Notes: generated from the letters alone by a model not told the origin. Positions 8,861 through 20,278 are shown, counted from the stretch's first letter. The stretch is DNA of 64,000 nt from Flexithrix dorotheae DSM 6795 (GCF_000379765.1 NZ_KB903448.1:14027-78026), one strand, 5' to 3'. Translations and numbers: made by a program.

Positions 8861-11173
8861 ATGAAGATAAATTTCACCTCCATAAAATCTATTGCTACCA
8901 TTGCCTTTGTTTCCTTACTATGTATTGAAATGGGTTCACTGGTTCAAAGTTGTAGTAAATCGGAGCACACTGAACAAGATCAAACAACTGGTAACTCAAA
9001 AAATAATGAAAAGGAGGAAGGCTTAATCAGGGTAAATCACGACCCAAATTACCTGGGAGACCAGACTTGTAAAACCTGCCACCAGACTGAATTTAAAGAT
9101 TGGGAAAATTCTCACCATGACAAAGCCATGGCTCATGCTTCGGACAGCAGTGTAAGGGGTGATTTCAATGGTGTAGTGTTTGAAAGCCGTGGAGTAACCT
9201 CTAAATTTTTCAAAAAAGATGGGAAATTTATGGTGAACACTGAAGGACCGGATGGAAAAAATCACGATTATGAAATTTCCTATACTTTCGGTTATGAACC
9301 TCTGCAACAATATATTGTGGCATTTCCCAATGGCCATTTTCAATGCCTGAGAACCGCCTGGGATACAGAAAAAAAGGTATGGTTTGATCTTTATCCCGAT
9401 CTGGATATTGATCCCAGGGAATGGATACACTGGACCAAAGGAGGACTGAACTGGAATACGATGTGCTCGGATTGCCATTCTACCAATGTGAAGAAGAACT
9501 ATGACAATAAAACCAGTTCTTTCGATTCCGAATATTCCATTATTAATGTAAGTTGTGAAGCCTGCCACGGTCCCGGGAAAAAACATGTGGAGTTTATGCA
9601 GTCAGGTAATTTTAAGGAAGGATCAAAATACCACCCGGAAGATCATTTGCATCTGACCAGCGGATTATCATCTATCGAGCAGGTTGACCAATGTGCCAGA
9701 TGCCATGCCAGAAGGACTCAGTATGTAGATGGATTTGACCATAATGGTGTTTTTATGGATTATTATGCTCCTCAAATAATCGGAGATGAATTTTACCATC
9801 CCGATGGTCAAATCCTGGATGAAGACTATGTTTTTGGTTCATTTACTCAAAGTAAAATGTATCATAATGGGGTGAAATGTACGGATTGCCATAATCCACA
9901 TAGTTTAGAACTAAAAGCCAAAGGCAATCAGCTTTGTTTGCAATGTCATGCAGGGAATCAGTACGACACCAAGAATCATCATTTTCATGAAGGCGAAAAT
10001 GAAAGTACAGAATGTGTGAATTGCCACATGACAGGCAAAACCTATATGGGCAATGATTTCAGGAGAGACCATAGTTTCCGCATTCCCCGCCCCGATCAGA
10101 GTATTGAGTATAATACTCCAAATGCCTGTACCCAATGCCATGAAGATAAAAGTGATGAATGGGCCGTTGCGGCTATTGAAAAGTGGTACGGCAAGAAAAG
10201 AGACCCGCATTTTTCTGATGCCCTTACTAAAGGAAGTACAAGATCCCCTGAAGCCATGGGTGATTTGGTAAATCTTCTACAGGATACTCAACAACCAGCC
10301 ATTGCCAGAGCCACAGCCCTTTGGTATTTGGGACAATTGCCCAACCCGGAAATTTTTGATCCTATAGTTTCAGGCTTATCAGATCATGAACCCATTGTGA
10401 GGTACACCGCAGCACGTGTTTTAATGATACTTCCCCCAGAGCAGAAAAAACAATTACTTACGCCTTTACTTTCTGATTCTATTAAATCTGTAAGGGCCAT
10501 GGCAGCCGGAGCATTGGCGGAAATTCCCATCAATGAATTTGAGGAATCGGTAAGAGGAAAATTCACCAAAGCGATGCAGGAGTATAGTATTTCTTTAAGT
10601 ATTAATGCAGATTTCCCAGCCGGGCAAATGGCTTTCGGACAGTATTTTGATAAAATTAATCAACCATCAAAAGCAGAGCAGGCATATAAAAAAGCCAATG
10701 AACTGGATTATTTGTTTAATCCTTCCAGAATTCATCTGGCCAATTTGTATAATTCGCAAGGCAAAAATGAAGATGCACTGGCTCTTTTCCAGACCGTAAT
10801 TCAACTCGAGCCGGAATATGGTCCTGCTTATTATTCCACTGGTTTGCTGTTGGCTGAAATGAAAAGATTAGATGAAGCAGTGGAATATCTGGGAAAGGCC
10901 GCCAAACTTGTGGGAAATAACCCCAGGATTTATTACAACTGGGGACTTGCTTTGCAAAATTTAAACAGAATTCCTGAAGCTGAGGTTGCCTTTCTGGAAG
11001 GTTTAAAAGTAGATCCAAACTTAATTGACCTGGATTATGCCTTAACTATATTGTATTTACAACAACAGCAATTTGCCAAGGCAAAACCACATGCAGAAAA
11101 ATTATTGGCTGCCAATCCAAACCAGCCTCAATTTCAGCAATTTATGCAGACCATCAATACCAATTTAAAATAA
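8861..11173 (+). CDS. Multihaem c-type cytochrome (8 CxxCH) fused to HEAT and TPR repeats, lipoprotein
   Basis: Lipobox LVQSC. CxxCH motifs: CKTCH, CSDCH, CEACH, CARCH, CTDCH, CLQCH, CVNCH, CTQCH. HEAT-like repeats in the middle (ARATALWYLGQL, VRYTAARVLM, VRAMAAGALAEIP) and TPR-like repeats in the C-terminus. Confidence 0.75.
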   Translation: MKINFTSIKSIATIAFVSLLCIEMGSLVQSCSKSEHTEQDQTTGNSKNNEKEEGLIRVNHDPNYLGDQTCKTCHQTEFKDWENSHHDKAMAHASDSSVRGDFNGVVFESRGVTSKFFKKDGKFMVNTEGPDGKNHDYEISYTFGYEPLQQYIVAFPNGHFQCLRTAWDTEKKVWFDLYPDLDIDPREWIHWTKGGLNWNTMCSDCHSTNVKKNYDNKTSSFDSEYSIINVSCEACHGPGKKHVEFMQSGNFKEGSKYHPEDHLHLTSGLSSIEQVDQCARCHARRTQYVDGFDHNGVFMDYYAPQIIGDEFYHPDGQILDEDYVFGSFTQSKMYHNGVKCTDCHNPHSLELKAKGNQLCLQCHAGNQYDTKNHHFHEGENESTECVNCHMTGKTYMGNDFRRDHSFRIPRPDQSIEYNTPNACTQCHEDKSDEWAVAAIEKWYGKKRDPHFSDALTKGSTRSPEAMGDLVNLLQDTQQPAIARATALWYLGQLPNPEIFDPIVSGLSDHEPIVRYTAARVLMILPPEQKKQLLTPLLSDSIKSVRAMAAGALAEIPINEFEESVRGKFTKAMQEYSISLSINADFPAGQMAFGQYFDKINQPSKAEQAYKKANELDYLFNPSRIHLANLYNSQGKNEDALALFQTVIQLEPEYGPAYYSTGLLLAEMKRLDEAVEYLGKAAKLVGNNPRIYYNWGLALQNLNRIPEAEVAFLEGLKVDPNLIDLDYALTILYLQQQQFAKAKPHAEKLLAANPNQPQFQQFMQTINTNLK

Positions 11174-11188
11174 ACAAATTCAGCAACC

Positions 11189-11620
11189 ATGGCACAAAAA
11201 ATAAACCCTTTTCATGTAGCAATTCCAGTTTATGATTTACAGGAAACAAGAAGTTTTTACCGGGATATCCTTGGGTGTGAAGAAGGAAGAAGTTCAGACC
11301 ATTGGGTAGATTTCAATCTTTTTGGACATCAGTTTGTGATTCATTTGAAACCCAAACCTGAGCAAAAAGAAGGATTGCACCATAATCCTGTTGACGGTCA
11401 CGATGTCCCTGTACCTCATTATGGTGTGGTGCTGGATTGGGAAGATTGGGAAAACCTGAGAGATAAACTGATTGCAAATAACACGAAATTCGTGATAGAT
11501 CCTTATATCAGGTTTAAAGGCCAGACAGGAGAACAAGCCACTATGTTTTTCCTTGATCCATCCGGAAATGCCCTGGAGTTCAAATCCTTTAAAGATATGA
11601 ATCAACTTTTTGCCAGTTGA
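11189..11620 (+). CDS. VOC-family (glyoxalase/bleomycin resistance/dioxygenase) protein
   Basis: [23 protein letters not shown]...HWVDF is a typical VOC N-terminal beta-alpha-beta-beta-beta module. Confidence 0.7.
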   Translation: MAQKINPFHVAIPVYDLQETRSFYRDILGCEEGRSSDHWVDFNLFGHQFVIHLKPKPEQKEGLHHNPVDGHDVPVPHYGVVLDWEDWENLRDKLIANNTKFVIDPYIRFKGQTGEQATMFFLDPSGNALEFKSFKDMNQLFAS

Positions 11621-11691
11621 ATTACAATCCAATTGCTGCAAAAAAATGAGGGACAAGTTATCTTTTCTCAATTACGTAAATATGATAAATT

Positions 11692-12633
11692 ATGAATCAC
11701 AAAAATCAATCAAGAAGAAATTTTATTAAATCCGGTTCCGCACTTTTAGGAACGGCCTTGCCGCTGATGAGCATGTCAAAACCATTTGAAGCATTGGTAA
11801 AAAACTCAAAATACTACGACACGCTTGGAGTTCAGCTATATACTGTTCGTAATCAGTTAGATAAGAACTTTGAAGGGACCATAAAAGCCATAAAGGAACT
11901 TGGATATTCCCGGCTGGAAGCAATGGACTTGGAAGATCAATTGCCAAAATTAATGCCCATAGCCAAAGATTTGGGTTTGAAGGTGAATAGTTCTTTTTTC
12001 AAATGGACTTACTTAACTGGCAGATGGGATTTGGTAAGTCCTGGAGGAACTTCTACCCCACCCAAAGGGAAAACGGTAGATCACGTAATTGACCTGGCAG
12101 AGAAAAATAATCTGGAATATCTTGTTTTTGGTTACTTAAGGCCAGAGGAAAGAGAAACTTTGGATGATTTTAGAAAAATTGCGAAAAAATTGAACGAGAC
12201 CGGGGAAAAATGTAATAAAGCGGGAATCAAACTGTGCTATCACAACCACTCATTTGAGTTTGAAAAGAAAGGCGATGCCACTCCCTTCGATATTTTAATA
12301 GAAGACCTGGATCCGAAAATGGTTCAGTTTGAGCTGGATATTTTCTGGGCAAGCCTTGGCGGATGGGATCCCGAGAAAACCATGAAAAAACTGAAAAATA
12401 GAATTCGTCTGCTGCATCTCAAAGATAAAAAAGCAGGTGCCCCTGTTATTTATAATGAAGGGGAAGTCCCGGTAGATACTTTTAAAGAACTTGGAAATGG
12501 AACTGTAGATATTAAAGGAGTTTTAGCCCTTGCCGAAAAAATCGGTGTAGAGCAATGTTATGTAGAGCAGGACCAGTCTCCGGATCCAATAAAAAGTATT
12601 GGCGAAAGTATTAATTTTATGAGTAAAGTCTGA
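11692..12633 (+). CDS. Sugar phosphate isomerase/epimerase (xylose-isomerase-like TIM barrel), Tat-secreted
   Basis: Tat motif SRRNFIKSGSALLG, and a TIM-barrel-like body with conserved H/E/D positions (CYHNHSFEF, HLKD). Confidence 0.65.
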   Translation: MNHKNQSRRNFIKSGSALLGTALPLMSMSKPFEALVKNSKYYDTLGVQLYTVRNQLDKNFEGTIKAIKELGYSRLEAMDLEDQLPKLMPIAKDLGLKVNSSFFKWTYLTGRWDLVSPGGTSTPPKGKTVDHVIDLAEKNNLEYLVFGYLRPEERETLDDFRKIAKKLNETGEKCNKAGIKLCYHNHSFEFEKKGDATPFDILIEDLDPKMVQFELDIFWASLGGWDPEKTMKKLKNRIRLLHLKDKKAGAPVIYNEGEVPVDTFKELGNGTVDIKGVLALAEKIGVEQCYVEQDQSPDPIKSIGESINFMSKV

Positions 12634-13096
12634 TCCATATGGGGTTGTTTAAAAAATAAAAGGATTTGAAAATAATGAAAATTACCTTTTCCTAAAGGGA
12701 GATAAAGTAGAAATTACTGGAAATACAATAGTAATACATCATTATTCGGCTACTTTATTTTTATTGATTGCAACATGTTTCTTTCTATCCTTGAAAAAAG
12801 AACTTTTTACTCAACCCCTTTTTTCTGCATTTTCGATATATCGAACTCAGGTAATTGTTAACAAACCTTTCTGCTATTTTTTTTGACCAGTGTATAACCC
12901 ATAAATGACTTTGGCTAGATCATTGATTATTAACAACTTAGTACTACTCCTTTAAACAGATGTTATTTCTCACCTACACTGGTTAACATATATTAAGGCA
13001 GGCAGGTTGAGCGATGATTTTAAAATGATTTTTTTTGCTTGTGAAATTTTTTAGACTGTACGAATAATCCTTTTTTACTCTCTTTTCTGGATTAAA

Positions 13097-13765
13097 ATGA
13101 GAAAAAAATTAAGACTCACTAATTTACTGACAAAACCTTTTATTGTACTAACATTAGCCATTTCACAAATTTCAGCATTGAATCCACTTCAATTAATCAA
13201 GGCTAAGTTGAAAAATCAGGCACAGGTTGCTTGTAGTGCCGATCAGGTTTTCCAAACCAATAATAATGAATGTTTAGAACACAAAAATGAATATTATTGT
13301 GTGGAACTTTCTGTAACAGAACAAATCGGTCCGAATGGCAACAAAATAACCCACACCTGGAATTTAGGAGATGGAAACCTGAGACATGGGCCAAAACTGG
13401 AACATTGCTATGATGAATATGGAGAATATCCTATTCTGTTAATTTCCCAAAGGGAGATGAATGGAATTCCCATAATTGATACAACTGAATACAATGTCAA
13501 TATCGATGAAATTGTGATCATTCAGGAAATTAAAGAAGATCAGTTTCAGTATTATTTCGATGGCTCCAATACTTTTATCAATCAGGATTTTAAGATTGAC
13601 AATTATTACTGGAGTTTTGGTGATGGTAATTACGATTGCCAGGTGCTTACATCCAACAGGTATTCAAAACCAGGAGAATATGATGTCAGGCTTATTGTAG
13701 AGGGCATAGCCGAAAATGGTTTGAAAAAACGGATATGCGGAAAAAAGAAAATAATTATCAAATAA
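13097..13765 (+). CDS. Secreted PKD-domain protein
   Basis: Signal peptide, and two W-x-F/L-GDGN motifs (WNLGDGN, WSFGDGN) characteristic of PKD domains. Confidence 0.5.
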   Translation: MRKKLRLTNLLTKPFIVLTLAISQISALNPLQLIKAKLKNQAQVACSADQVFQTNNNECLEHKNEYYCVELSVTEQIGPNGNKITHTWNLGDGNLRHGPKLEHCYDEYGEYPILLISQREMNGIPIIDTTEYNVNIDEIVIIQEIKEDQFQYYFDGSNTFINQDFKIDNYYWSFGDGNYDCQVLTSNRYSKPGEYDVRLIVEGIAENGLKKRICGKKKIIIK

Positions 13766-13993
13766 TAGTTGAACTTTAACAATCCTTAAACTCCTAATTT
13801 AATTTTTTTGCTTCATCATTATCCTAAAAGCACTACCTTTGTTTTTTTATTCCCAAAATTTGATTTGTCGGGAAGGATAAACATCCATATCCTGGCCATA
13901 ACTAACTCAAAATAAGATTTCTACAGGATTTTTTCTTATTAATCCTGAGTGCACAGAATAATACATAATTAAATATAAAACAAATTACAAAAG

Positions 13994-14530
13994 ATGAAAC
14001 ATGCATGGCATGACTTCCCTATTGGGGAAAATGTTCCTAAAGAAATTACTGCGGTAATTGAAGTTCCTAAAGGGTCAAAAGTAAAATATGAACTCGATAA
14101 GGAAACAGGCGGAATTAAAGTGGACAGAATGCTTTACAGCGCAGTTCATTATCCTGCAAATTATGGTCTAATCCCCAAAACCCTTGCTGAAGACAATGAT
14201 CCAATGGATATTATTGTATTATGCCAGGAATCAGTTGTACCGCTTTCAATTATGAGAGCAAAGCCTATTGGGTTAATGCAAATGATAGATCAGGGAGATA
14301 AGGACGATAAAGTAATTGCCGTTCATCTTGATGATCCTGCTTTCAATCATTATGAGAGTATTGATGAACTTCCCAAGCATGTTTTAATTGAGATTCAGCG
14401 CTTTTTTGATGACTACAAGGCATTGGAACACAAGATCACAAAGGTAGATGGCTTTTTACCTGCTGAAGATGCATATGCTACAATATTGGAAAGCCAACAA
14501 AGATATATTGAGCAGTTTGTAAAAAAATAA
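13994..14530 (+). CDS. ppa: Inorganic pyrophosphatase
   Basis: [11 protein letters not shown]...[19 protein letters not shown]...[10 protein letters not shown] matches family I PPase motifs. Confidence 0.9.
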   Translation: MKHAWHDFPIGENVPKEITAVIEVPKGSKVKYELDKETGGIKVDRMLYSAVHYPANYGLIPKTLAEDNDPMDIIVLCQESVVPLSIMRAKPIGLMQMIDQGDKDDKVIAVHLDDPAFNHYESIDELPKHVLIEIQRFFDDYKALEHKITKVDGFLPAEDAYATILESQQRYIEQFVKK

Positions 14531-14538
14531 GTTTTAGT

Positions 14539-16182
14539 TTAGGAGGAACCTCCGGTAAAACTAAGGGGAAGGGAAATCTTTACATGGGTTCCTTTCCCTT
14601 TTTTACTTTCTATTTCTATTTTTCCTTTATGGGCCTTTACTATTCCCAAGGTAATGGATAAACCCAGCCCGGTTCCCTTTCCTACCTCCCTGGTGGTATA
14701 AAATGGTTCAAAAATTCTTTCCCTGACTTTAGCCGACATCCCTACACCACTGTCAGTTATTTTTATATAAATCCAGTTTTGATCTGAATTGGTACTAATA
14801 ATTATTGCCCCCTTATCTTTGATGGATTGAATACTATTGAGCAAAATATTCATAAAAGCCTGATTCAATTTTCCAGGGAAGCAGGTAATAGAAGGAATAG
14901 CACCATAATCTCTGGTTACTTCTATTCTGTTCTTTAATTGATTTTGCAATAAAAGTAAAGTAGCATCCAGCCCAACGTGCAGGTTCACATTTTTGGCCAC
15001 CTCATCCCCTGCTCTGGAAAATGCCTGCAACCCTTTCACTATTTCGGTGGCTTTTACTGCCCCTGACCCAATATCTTCCAGAACTTTTTTGGATAATTCA
15101 ACCCTTTTGTAAAAAGCTATTTTATTTTTTAATTTTTCCAGAATCTCCAACTGCTCACGGAAATTTTCAGGGTTAATTTTTTCAACTTCCTCCACCACTT
15201 TCACAATATGTTCTATTAAAATCCTCAACCCTACAATCCCCGCATTGATGTAGTTGATTGGATTATTTAATTCATGGGCAATACCCGCGGTCAGCACTCC
15301 TAGAGAAGCCAGTTTTTCAGACTGTACCAGTTTACTTTGAGCCGTTTTAAGTTGATCAAAAGTATCTTCCAGCTTTTTGGTACGCTCTACTACCCTGTGC
15401 TCCAGTTTTTCGTTTAATTCATTTATTTTTTTTGAAGCAAATTTTTGATAGGAAACATCCCTGAACTGGGCAATAATAAATTCTACCTCATTCTCCGGGT
15501 TTTTAATGCCTTTTAATTCCACTTCAAGAAAAACAACCTCTCCTGAACTACGGACAAAGTGTTTTTCCAATACCATTTCTTCAAGTTGTCCATTCAAAAG
15601 TTTATGGTAAACCGGCAAAACCAGATCCAGCTCATTTTTAGGGGAAAAGTCAGTAAGAGATTGACCAATGAGGTTTTCCCTGGAAAAATCCAGTAAATCA
15701 CAAAGTTTGTCATTTACCATTATCCACTCCAATGCACCGTTGAGTAAGGCCATACCTACAAGCCCCATATTGAAAAAGTACTTCAGGTTTTCATCATTTA
15801 TTTCGGGAATGCTATTACTTTTAGGATCATTTCCATTTTGTTTCAAATACCCTGAGTAACCGGTAAACTCCTGATCCTTATTATAGCTTTTGGTGACAAA
15901 AACCTGACTCTTTACAATGGCAGCTGTTTTAGTGAGAAAATTCAGGCTCGTTTTGGCAGATTTTGAATTTTGACTGTCCATTGCCTCCAATAAACCATAA
16001 AAGGTATCTCTATCGTGCGGCAATAGAAATTTCACAAATGGTTTACCCAAGCTTTCCTTTAAATCAAATCCCATAGTCCCTTCCCAGGCCTCATTTAAAA
16101 AAAGCAAATTAAACTCAGGGTCTATGAGGAAAACAATTTCATTCTGGCTCGAAATTGAGCCATTGAATAAATTTAAATTCAC
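14539..16182 (-). CDS. PAS-domain sensor histidine kinase
   Basis: Two PAS-like segments, a coiled coil, HisKA H-box (AHELNNP), and HATPase_c (GTGLGLSI, N/G boxes). Confidence 0.8.
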   Translation of the reverse strand: MNLNLFNGSISSQNEIVFLIDPEFNLLFLNEAWEGTMGFDLKESLGKPFVKFLLPHDRDTFYGLLEAMDSQNSKSAKTSLNFLTKTAAIVKSQVFVTKSYNKDQEFTGYSGYLKQNGNDPKSNSIPEINDENLKYFFNMGLVGMALLNGALEWIMVNDKLCDLLDFSRENLIGQSLTDFSPKNELDLVLPVYHKLLNGQLEEMVLEKHFVRSSGEVVFLEVELKGIKNPENEVEFIIAQFRDVSYQKFASKKINELNEKLEHRVVERTKKLEDTFDQLKTAQSKLVQSEKLASLGVLTAGIAHELNNPINYINAGIVGLRILIEHIVKVVEEVEKINPENFREQLEILEKLKNKIAFYKRVELSKKVLEDIGSGAVKATEIVKGLQAFSRAGDEVAKNVNLHVGLDATLLLLQNQLKNRIEVTRDYGAIPSITCFPGKLNQAFMNILLNSIQSIKDKGAIIISTNSDQNWIYIKITDSGVGMSAKVRERIFEPFYTTREVGKGTGLGLSITLGIVKAHKGKIEIESKKGKGTHVKISLPLSFTGGSS

Positions 16183-16831
16183 CTTATGGACAATCTAGTT
16201 TTTTGGAAATACCAAACCCTTTCCCAGCGGGAAGAGATTTTTTAGTTAGTAGTTTTTTAAGTTGTCAACAATTTCGGAAAATCAAAAATTAGTTAGTGGT
16301 CATAGATCTTAATTCATAAAATAAGGCAAAAGGAATAGCTAATTCAGTCCTAAGGCCATAATAATTAAATGCAAAAAATTAGTATTTTGGTAGATCTTCT
16401 TTCAAGTTACAAAAAAATTGGAAATAATGCTTTATTCTTGAATAAACATTGAAAATTTATTTTTTTCCTGTTTTTTATTTTCGAAAAGCCAAAAATCTAT
16501 TTAATGTTATTCTTGGTGAATATGCCTAAATTCTCCAGCCAGTCCTGAATATTAAATTTTTCAATTTTAAAAGAAATGATTATTGTTCAGGTACTTATTA
16601 TTAACTTTGCGAAAAAATAACCCTGGCGATTTGAATGTGAAAAATCAGACTCAACTCCGGGAGCTTTATACAATTGAACCCAAAATATACCAGATTTCCG
16701 TTCCTGGTACGATTAAATAGAGAAATAACACTTCATTATCAAACAGTTATGGGAAATTTAAATGTATTTTTAAATTTCCTGAGTGATTAAAGCTGTTCGA
16801 TTAAAAGTTAATTACCTCCTGAAGATTTTTT

Positions 16832-19800
16832 ATGCTGAACTATCCCCATCTTCTTCTCTTTCATGCGCTCTTAATGTTAGCCGCATTACAGACACGGGCT
16901 CAATTCCCCAATTTTGTGAACTATGCCCAGGATGAAGGATTACCACAAAGCTATATTTATTCTATCTCACAGGATGACCTGGGTTTTTTGTGGCTGGGAA
17001 CCGGGAATGGTTTTTCCAGATTCGATGGACATCAATTCAAAACTTACAATATAAAAGACAATCTGCCGGAAGATTTTGTTACGGCCTCTCTGGTAGATAG
17101 CAGGGGTAACCTTTGGGTAGGCCATTATCAGGGAGAGATCAGTAAATTCAACTTTTCGCAAAACAAATTCATTACGGTCCCGACAGATGAAAATAAGAGA
17201 AGCAGAATTAATCAAATTTTAGAAATTCCGGACGGATCTATTCTTTTTGTGACTCAAAACAGCGGTATAATTAAAATCACGGCTGATGGAAATTTAATTC
17301 CCATCGAAAATAAAACCGAATCTTTTTTCTATAGTGTACAGCCTTATCAGGGGAACAAACTGCTTATTGGGACTAATAATGGATTAATTATAGGTGATCT
17401 TTTTAATGATGAAATCCAAAATATCAGGAGACCTTTGGCTTTTGTCAATCAGAAGGTGAATACCATTGTGCCAAACAAATTTGGAGAGGGCTACTGGTTG
17501 GGCACCGATGAAAATGGGTTGTATCTTTTTGAATCAGAGCAAAAATTCAGAAATATTTCCACCAGAGAAGGTTTGTCTTCCGATGATATTAAGTGCATAT
17601 TCCCTAAAAATGAACATCAACTTTGGGTAGGAACTTCCGATGCAGGAGTTAACCTATTGGTTTGGGACAATCAGGAAAATGAAATCAATAGTATCACTAC
17701 CTATTCCACCAAAAATAACCTGCCAGACGACCATATACTATCCATATTCGCAGATAAAGAAGAAAATATCTGGGTAGGGACCAATGGTGGAGGTCTGGCC
17801 CGTTATACCGGAGAAAAATTTGCCCTTGAAAATGAAGGTTTCCCCTCCCCTTTTGTGAATGCCATTTATCAGGATAATGCCAAAAACTATTGGTATGCCA
17901 CTGATAAAGGAATCGTAAAACACCTGAATTTGCCAGAAGGAAAAGAAATCATTTACTATAATGAAATTCTTGGGCTGGACAGCCTTGCCGGCTCCGCTAT
18001 TTTACAGGATAAAAATGGAAATATGTGGCTGGGATTCAAAGAAGGAGGCCTGTATTTTATCAGTGAAGATGGAGATAGTATTCAGAATTTTTATGACAGA
18101 GATGATTTTCAATCGCGGATGATAAATGACCTCACCTTAGATAAAGAAGGTAATATCTGGGTAGCCACAAGGCTAAATGGGGTTTATTATTACAATTTTA
18201 AAAAGAATACTTTCAGGCGATATTCTACCAATGAAGGATTTCTCCATAATAACATTAGCGATCTGTTTTGTGATTCTAAAGGAAGAATCTGGATTTCCTC
18301 ATCGGTCCCGGGACTGAGTTATTTTGAAGATGAAGTCTTTTTCTTTTTAAATGATAATGAAACCATCAGAGGGATAGAGTTTAATTGCATCACCGAAAAT
18401 GGAGACGGCAACATCTGGCTGGGATCGGATGGGAATGGTCTTTTTGCATACAATGGGGAAACTTTCACGAATTTCACGACTTCCGAAGGGCTACTTTCCA
18501 ATTATATTTATTCCATTGGTTGCGACAAGAAAAACGATTTGTGGGTAGGTTCCAGAAATGGTCTTACCCGGTTAAATACTTCCACGCTGGTTTTCGAACA
18601 GTTTAAGAATGATTTGGAGGGACTTGCAGGAATAGAAACCAGCACCAATGCTTTTTATCTGGAACCTTCTACTGGAAAAGCCTATTTTGGGGTAAACAGG
18701 GGGGTTCTGGTATATGATCCGCTTGAAGATAAACTCAATGAAGTAAAGCCCAATGTGTATATCACCGGCCTCTATGTTTTTGATGACAAGGTAGATATCA
18801 ATCAGGATGTAGTTTTACCACCAGGGCAATATAGAATAAGATTTGATTTCCTGGGGGTAAGTTTTAAAGAACCCCAGAAAATGCGGTACAAATACCTTTT
18901 GGAAGGGCATGACCTGGAATGGTCTGAGGCTACTAGTGAAACCACTGCGAGATATCCCAGAATTGAAGATGGCACCTATACCCTTAGGGTAAAAGCCGCC
19001 AACAGCGATGGCATTTGGAATGAACAAGCCACCACATTTTCTTTTGAAATACAAAAGCCGTTCTGGAAAGAATGGTGGTTTTATGGTATTCTGGCGGTGG
19101 CTTTTTTGAGTGGTGTTTATATCTATAATAAAATCCGGTTGAGGAATCTAATTATCAGCAACAGACAATTAGAGGAGAAAGTAGCTATTCGTACTGAAGA
19201 ACTGAATAATGAAAAGGTTAAACTGGAAAAAGCGAATGTAAAATTAGACCACCAAAAGACAGAAATTGAAGAAGCATACCATAAACTTGTTGATCTGGAA
19301 AAATTTAAGGAAACCCTCATCAATATGATTGTGCATGACCTTAAAAATCCATTGAATGCGGTAATTTCCCTCACTGAAGGCTCGCCAATTGTTCAGCAGG
19401 CAGGGAGGCAAATGTTGCATATGGTCATGAATATTCTGGAAACAAGTAAATTTGAAGAGGCCGATATGCATCTAAATATTAAGACCTGCAATATGCGGAA
19501 AGTTGTGGAAATTGCAATGAACCAGGTAGGTTTGCTTGTTCAGCAAAAGGGCTTGAGAATAAAAAAGGAATTCAGAGGAAGGCTTTGGGTAAAAGCCGAT
19601 GATGAGCTAATAGTCCGTGTACTGGTTAATTTGCTTACCAATGCCATAAAATTTACAGATCCGGGTGGGGAAATAAAAATTTCAGGTGAAATTAAAAAAG
19701 AGGATAACCATTCTTTCGTTTTTATTGCCATAAAAGATACTGGCTCAGGAATTAATCCCGATTTTTTACCGGCTATTTTTGATAAATTTTCCCAGTTTGA

Positions 19801-20236
19801 AAGCAAAGATTTAGGCAATACAAAATCAACTGGAATAGGCCTTACTTTTTGTAAAATGGCGGTTGAGGCCCATAACGGAAAAATTGGAGTTACCTCGGAA
19901 GTAGGAAGAGGAAGTACATTTTATTTTTACCTGCCCATGGAAGAAAAAGTAGTGAAACAGGGTCCAAATGGCAAACATACGGAATTGGAAAATGATGAAG
20001 AACTTTACGCTCCAGTGCAAATTTCTTTATCCGAGAAAGATAAAACTGTATTGACCAGCCTTGTGGGGCAATTAAAAACTCTGGAAATTTACGATACCAG
20101 CGACCATATCCAGCTACTGGAAAATATGCAAATTGAAAGCGGAGAGATTGCCCAATGGAAAGAGGAAATAGAGCAATCGGTCCTTTCCTTTAATGAAAAA
20201 CGATATAAGGAATTATTGGAACTGGCTTCAAATTAA
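16832..20236 (+). CDS. Sensor histidine kinase with periplasmic two-component-regulator beta-propeller and Y_Y_Y domains (no receiver domain evident)
   Basis: Signal peptide, many LWVGT/WIGT propeller repeats, a Y_Y_Y-like region, a TM helix (FYGILAVAFLSGVYIY), a coiled coil, HisKA (VHDLKNPLN), and HATPase_c (DTGSGI, GIGLTFCK). Confidence 0.8.
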   Translation: MLNYPHLLLFHALLMLAALQTRAQFPNFVNYAQDEGLPQSYIYSISQDDLGFLWLGTGNGFSRFDGHQFKTYNIKDNLPEDFVTASLVDSRGNLWVGHYQGEISKFNFSQNKFITVPTDENKRSRINQILEIPDGSILFVTQNSGIIKITADGNLIPIENKTESFFYSVQPYQGNKLLIGTNNGLIIGDLFNDEIQNIRRPLAFVNQKVNTIVPNKFGEGYWLGTDENGLYLFESEQKFRNISTREGLSSDDIKCIFPKNEHQLWVGTSDAGVNLLVWDNQENEINSITTYSTKNNLPDDHILSIFADKEENIWVGTNGGGLARYTGEKFALENEGFPSPFVNAIYQDNAKNYWYATDKGIVKHLNLPEGKEIIYYNEILGLDSLAGSAILQDKNGNMWLGFKEGGLYFISEDGDSIQNFYDRDDFQSRMINDLTLDKEGNIWVATRLNGVYYYNFKKNTFRRYSTNEGFLHNNISDLFCDSKGRIWISSSVPGLSYFEDEVFFFLNDNETIRGIEFNCITENGDGNIWLGSDGNGLFAYNGETFTNFTTSEGLLSNYIYSIGCDKKNDLWVGSRNGLTRLNTSTLVFEQFKNDLEGLAGIETSTNAFYLEPSTGKAYFGVNRGVLVYDPLEDKLNEVKPNVYITGLYVFDDKVDINQDVVLPPGQYRIRFDFLGVSFKEPQKMRYKYLLEGHDLEWSEATSETTARYPRIEDGTYTLRVKAANSDGIWNEQATTFSFEIQKPFWKEWWFYGILAVAFLSGVYIYNKIRLRNLIISNRQLEEKVAIRTEELNNEKVKLEKANVKLDHQKTEIEEAYHKLVDLEKFKETLINMIVHDLKNPLNAVISLTEGSPIVQQAGRQMLHMVMNILETSKFEEADMHLNIKTCNMRKVVEIAMNQVGLLVQQKGLRIKKEFRGRLWVKADDELIVRVLVNLLTNAIKFTDPGGEIKISGEIKKEDNHSFVFIAIKDTGSGINPDFLPAIFDKFSQFESKDLGNTKSTGIGLTFCKMAVEAHNGKIGVTSEVGRGSTFYFYLPMEEKVVKQGPNGKHTELENDEELYAPVQISLSEKDKTVLTSLVGQLKTLEIYDTSDHIQLLENMQIESGEIAQWKEEIEQSVLSFNEKRYKELLELASN

Positions 20237-20278
20237 GCCCTGCTGCAGATAACCGGGCACAATTACCCAGCCTGGTTT

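Noticed and set aside
9023-9586. 187-aa minus-strand ORF overlapping the multihaem cytochrome gene
   Set aside because: It is antisense to a well-supported CDS with eight CxxCH motifs and has no recognisable features.
14531-14575. Hairpin (ggagg aa cctcc) between ppa and the PAS kinase as a terminator
   Set aside because: It has only a 5-bp stem with no clear U-tract on either side. That is too weak to call.
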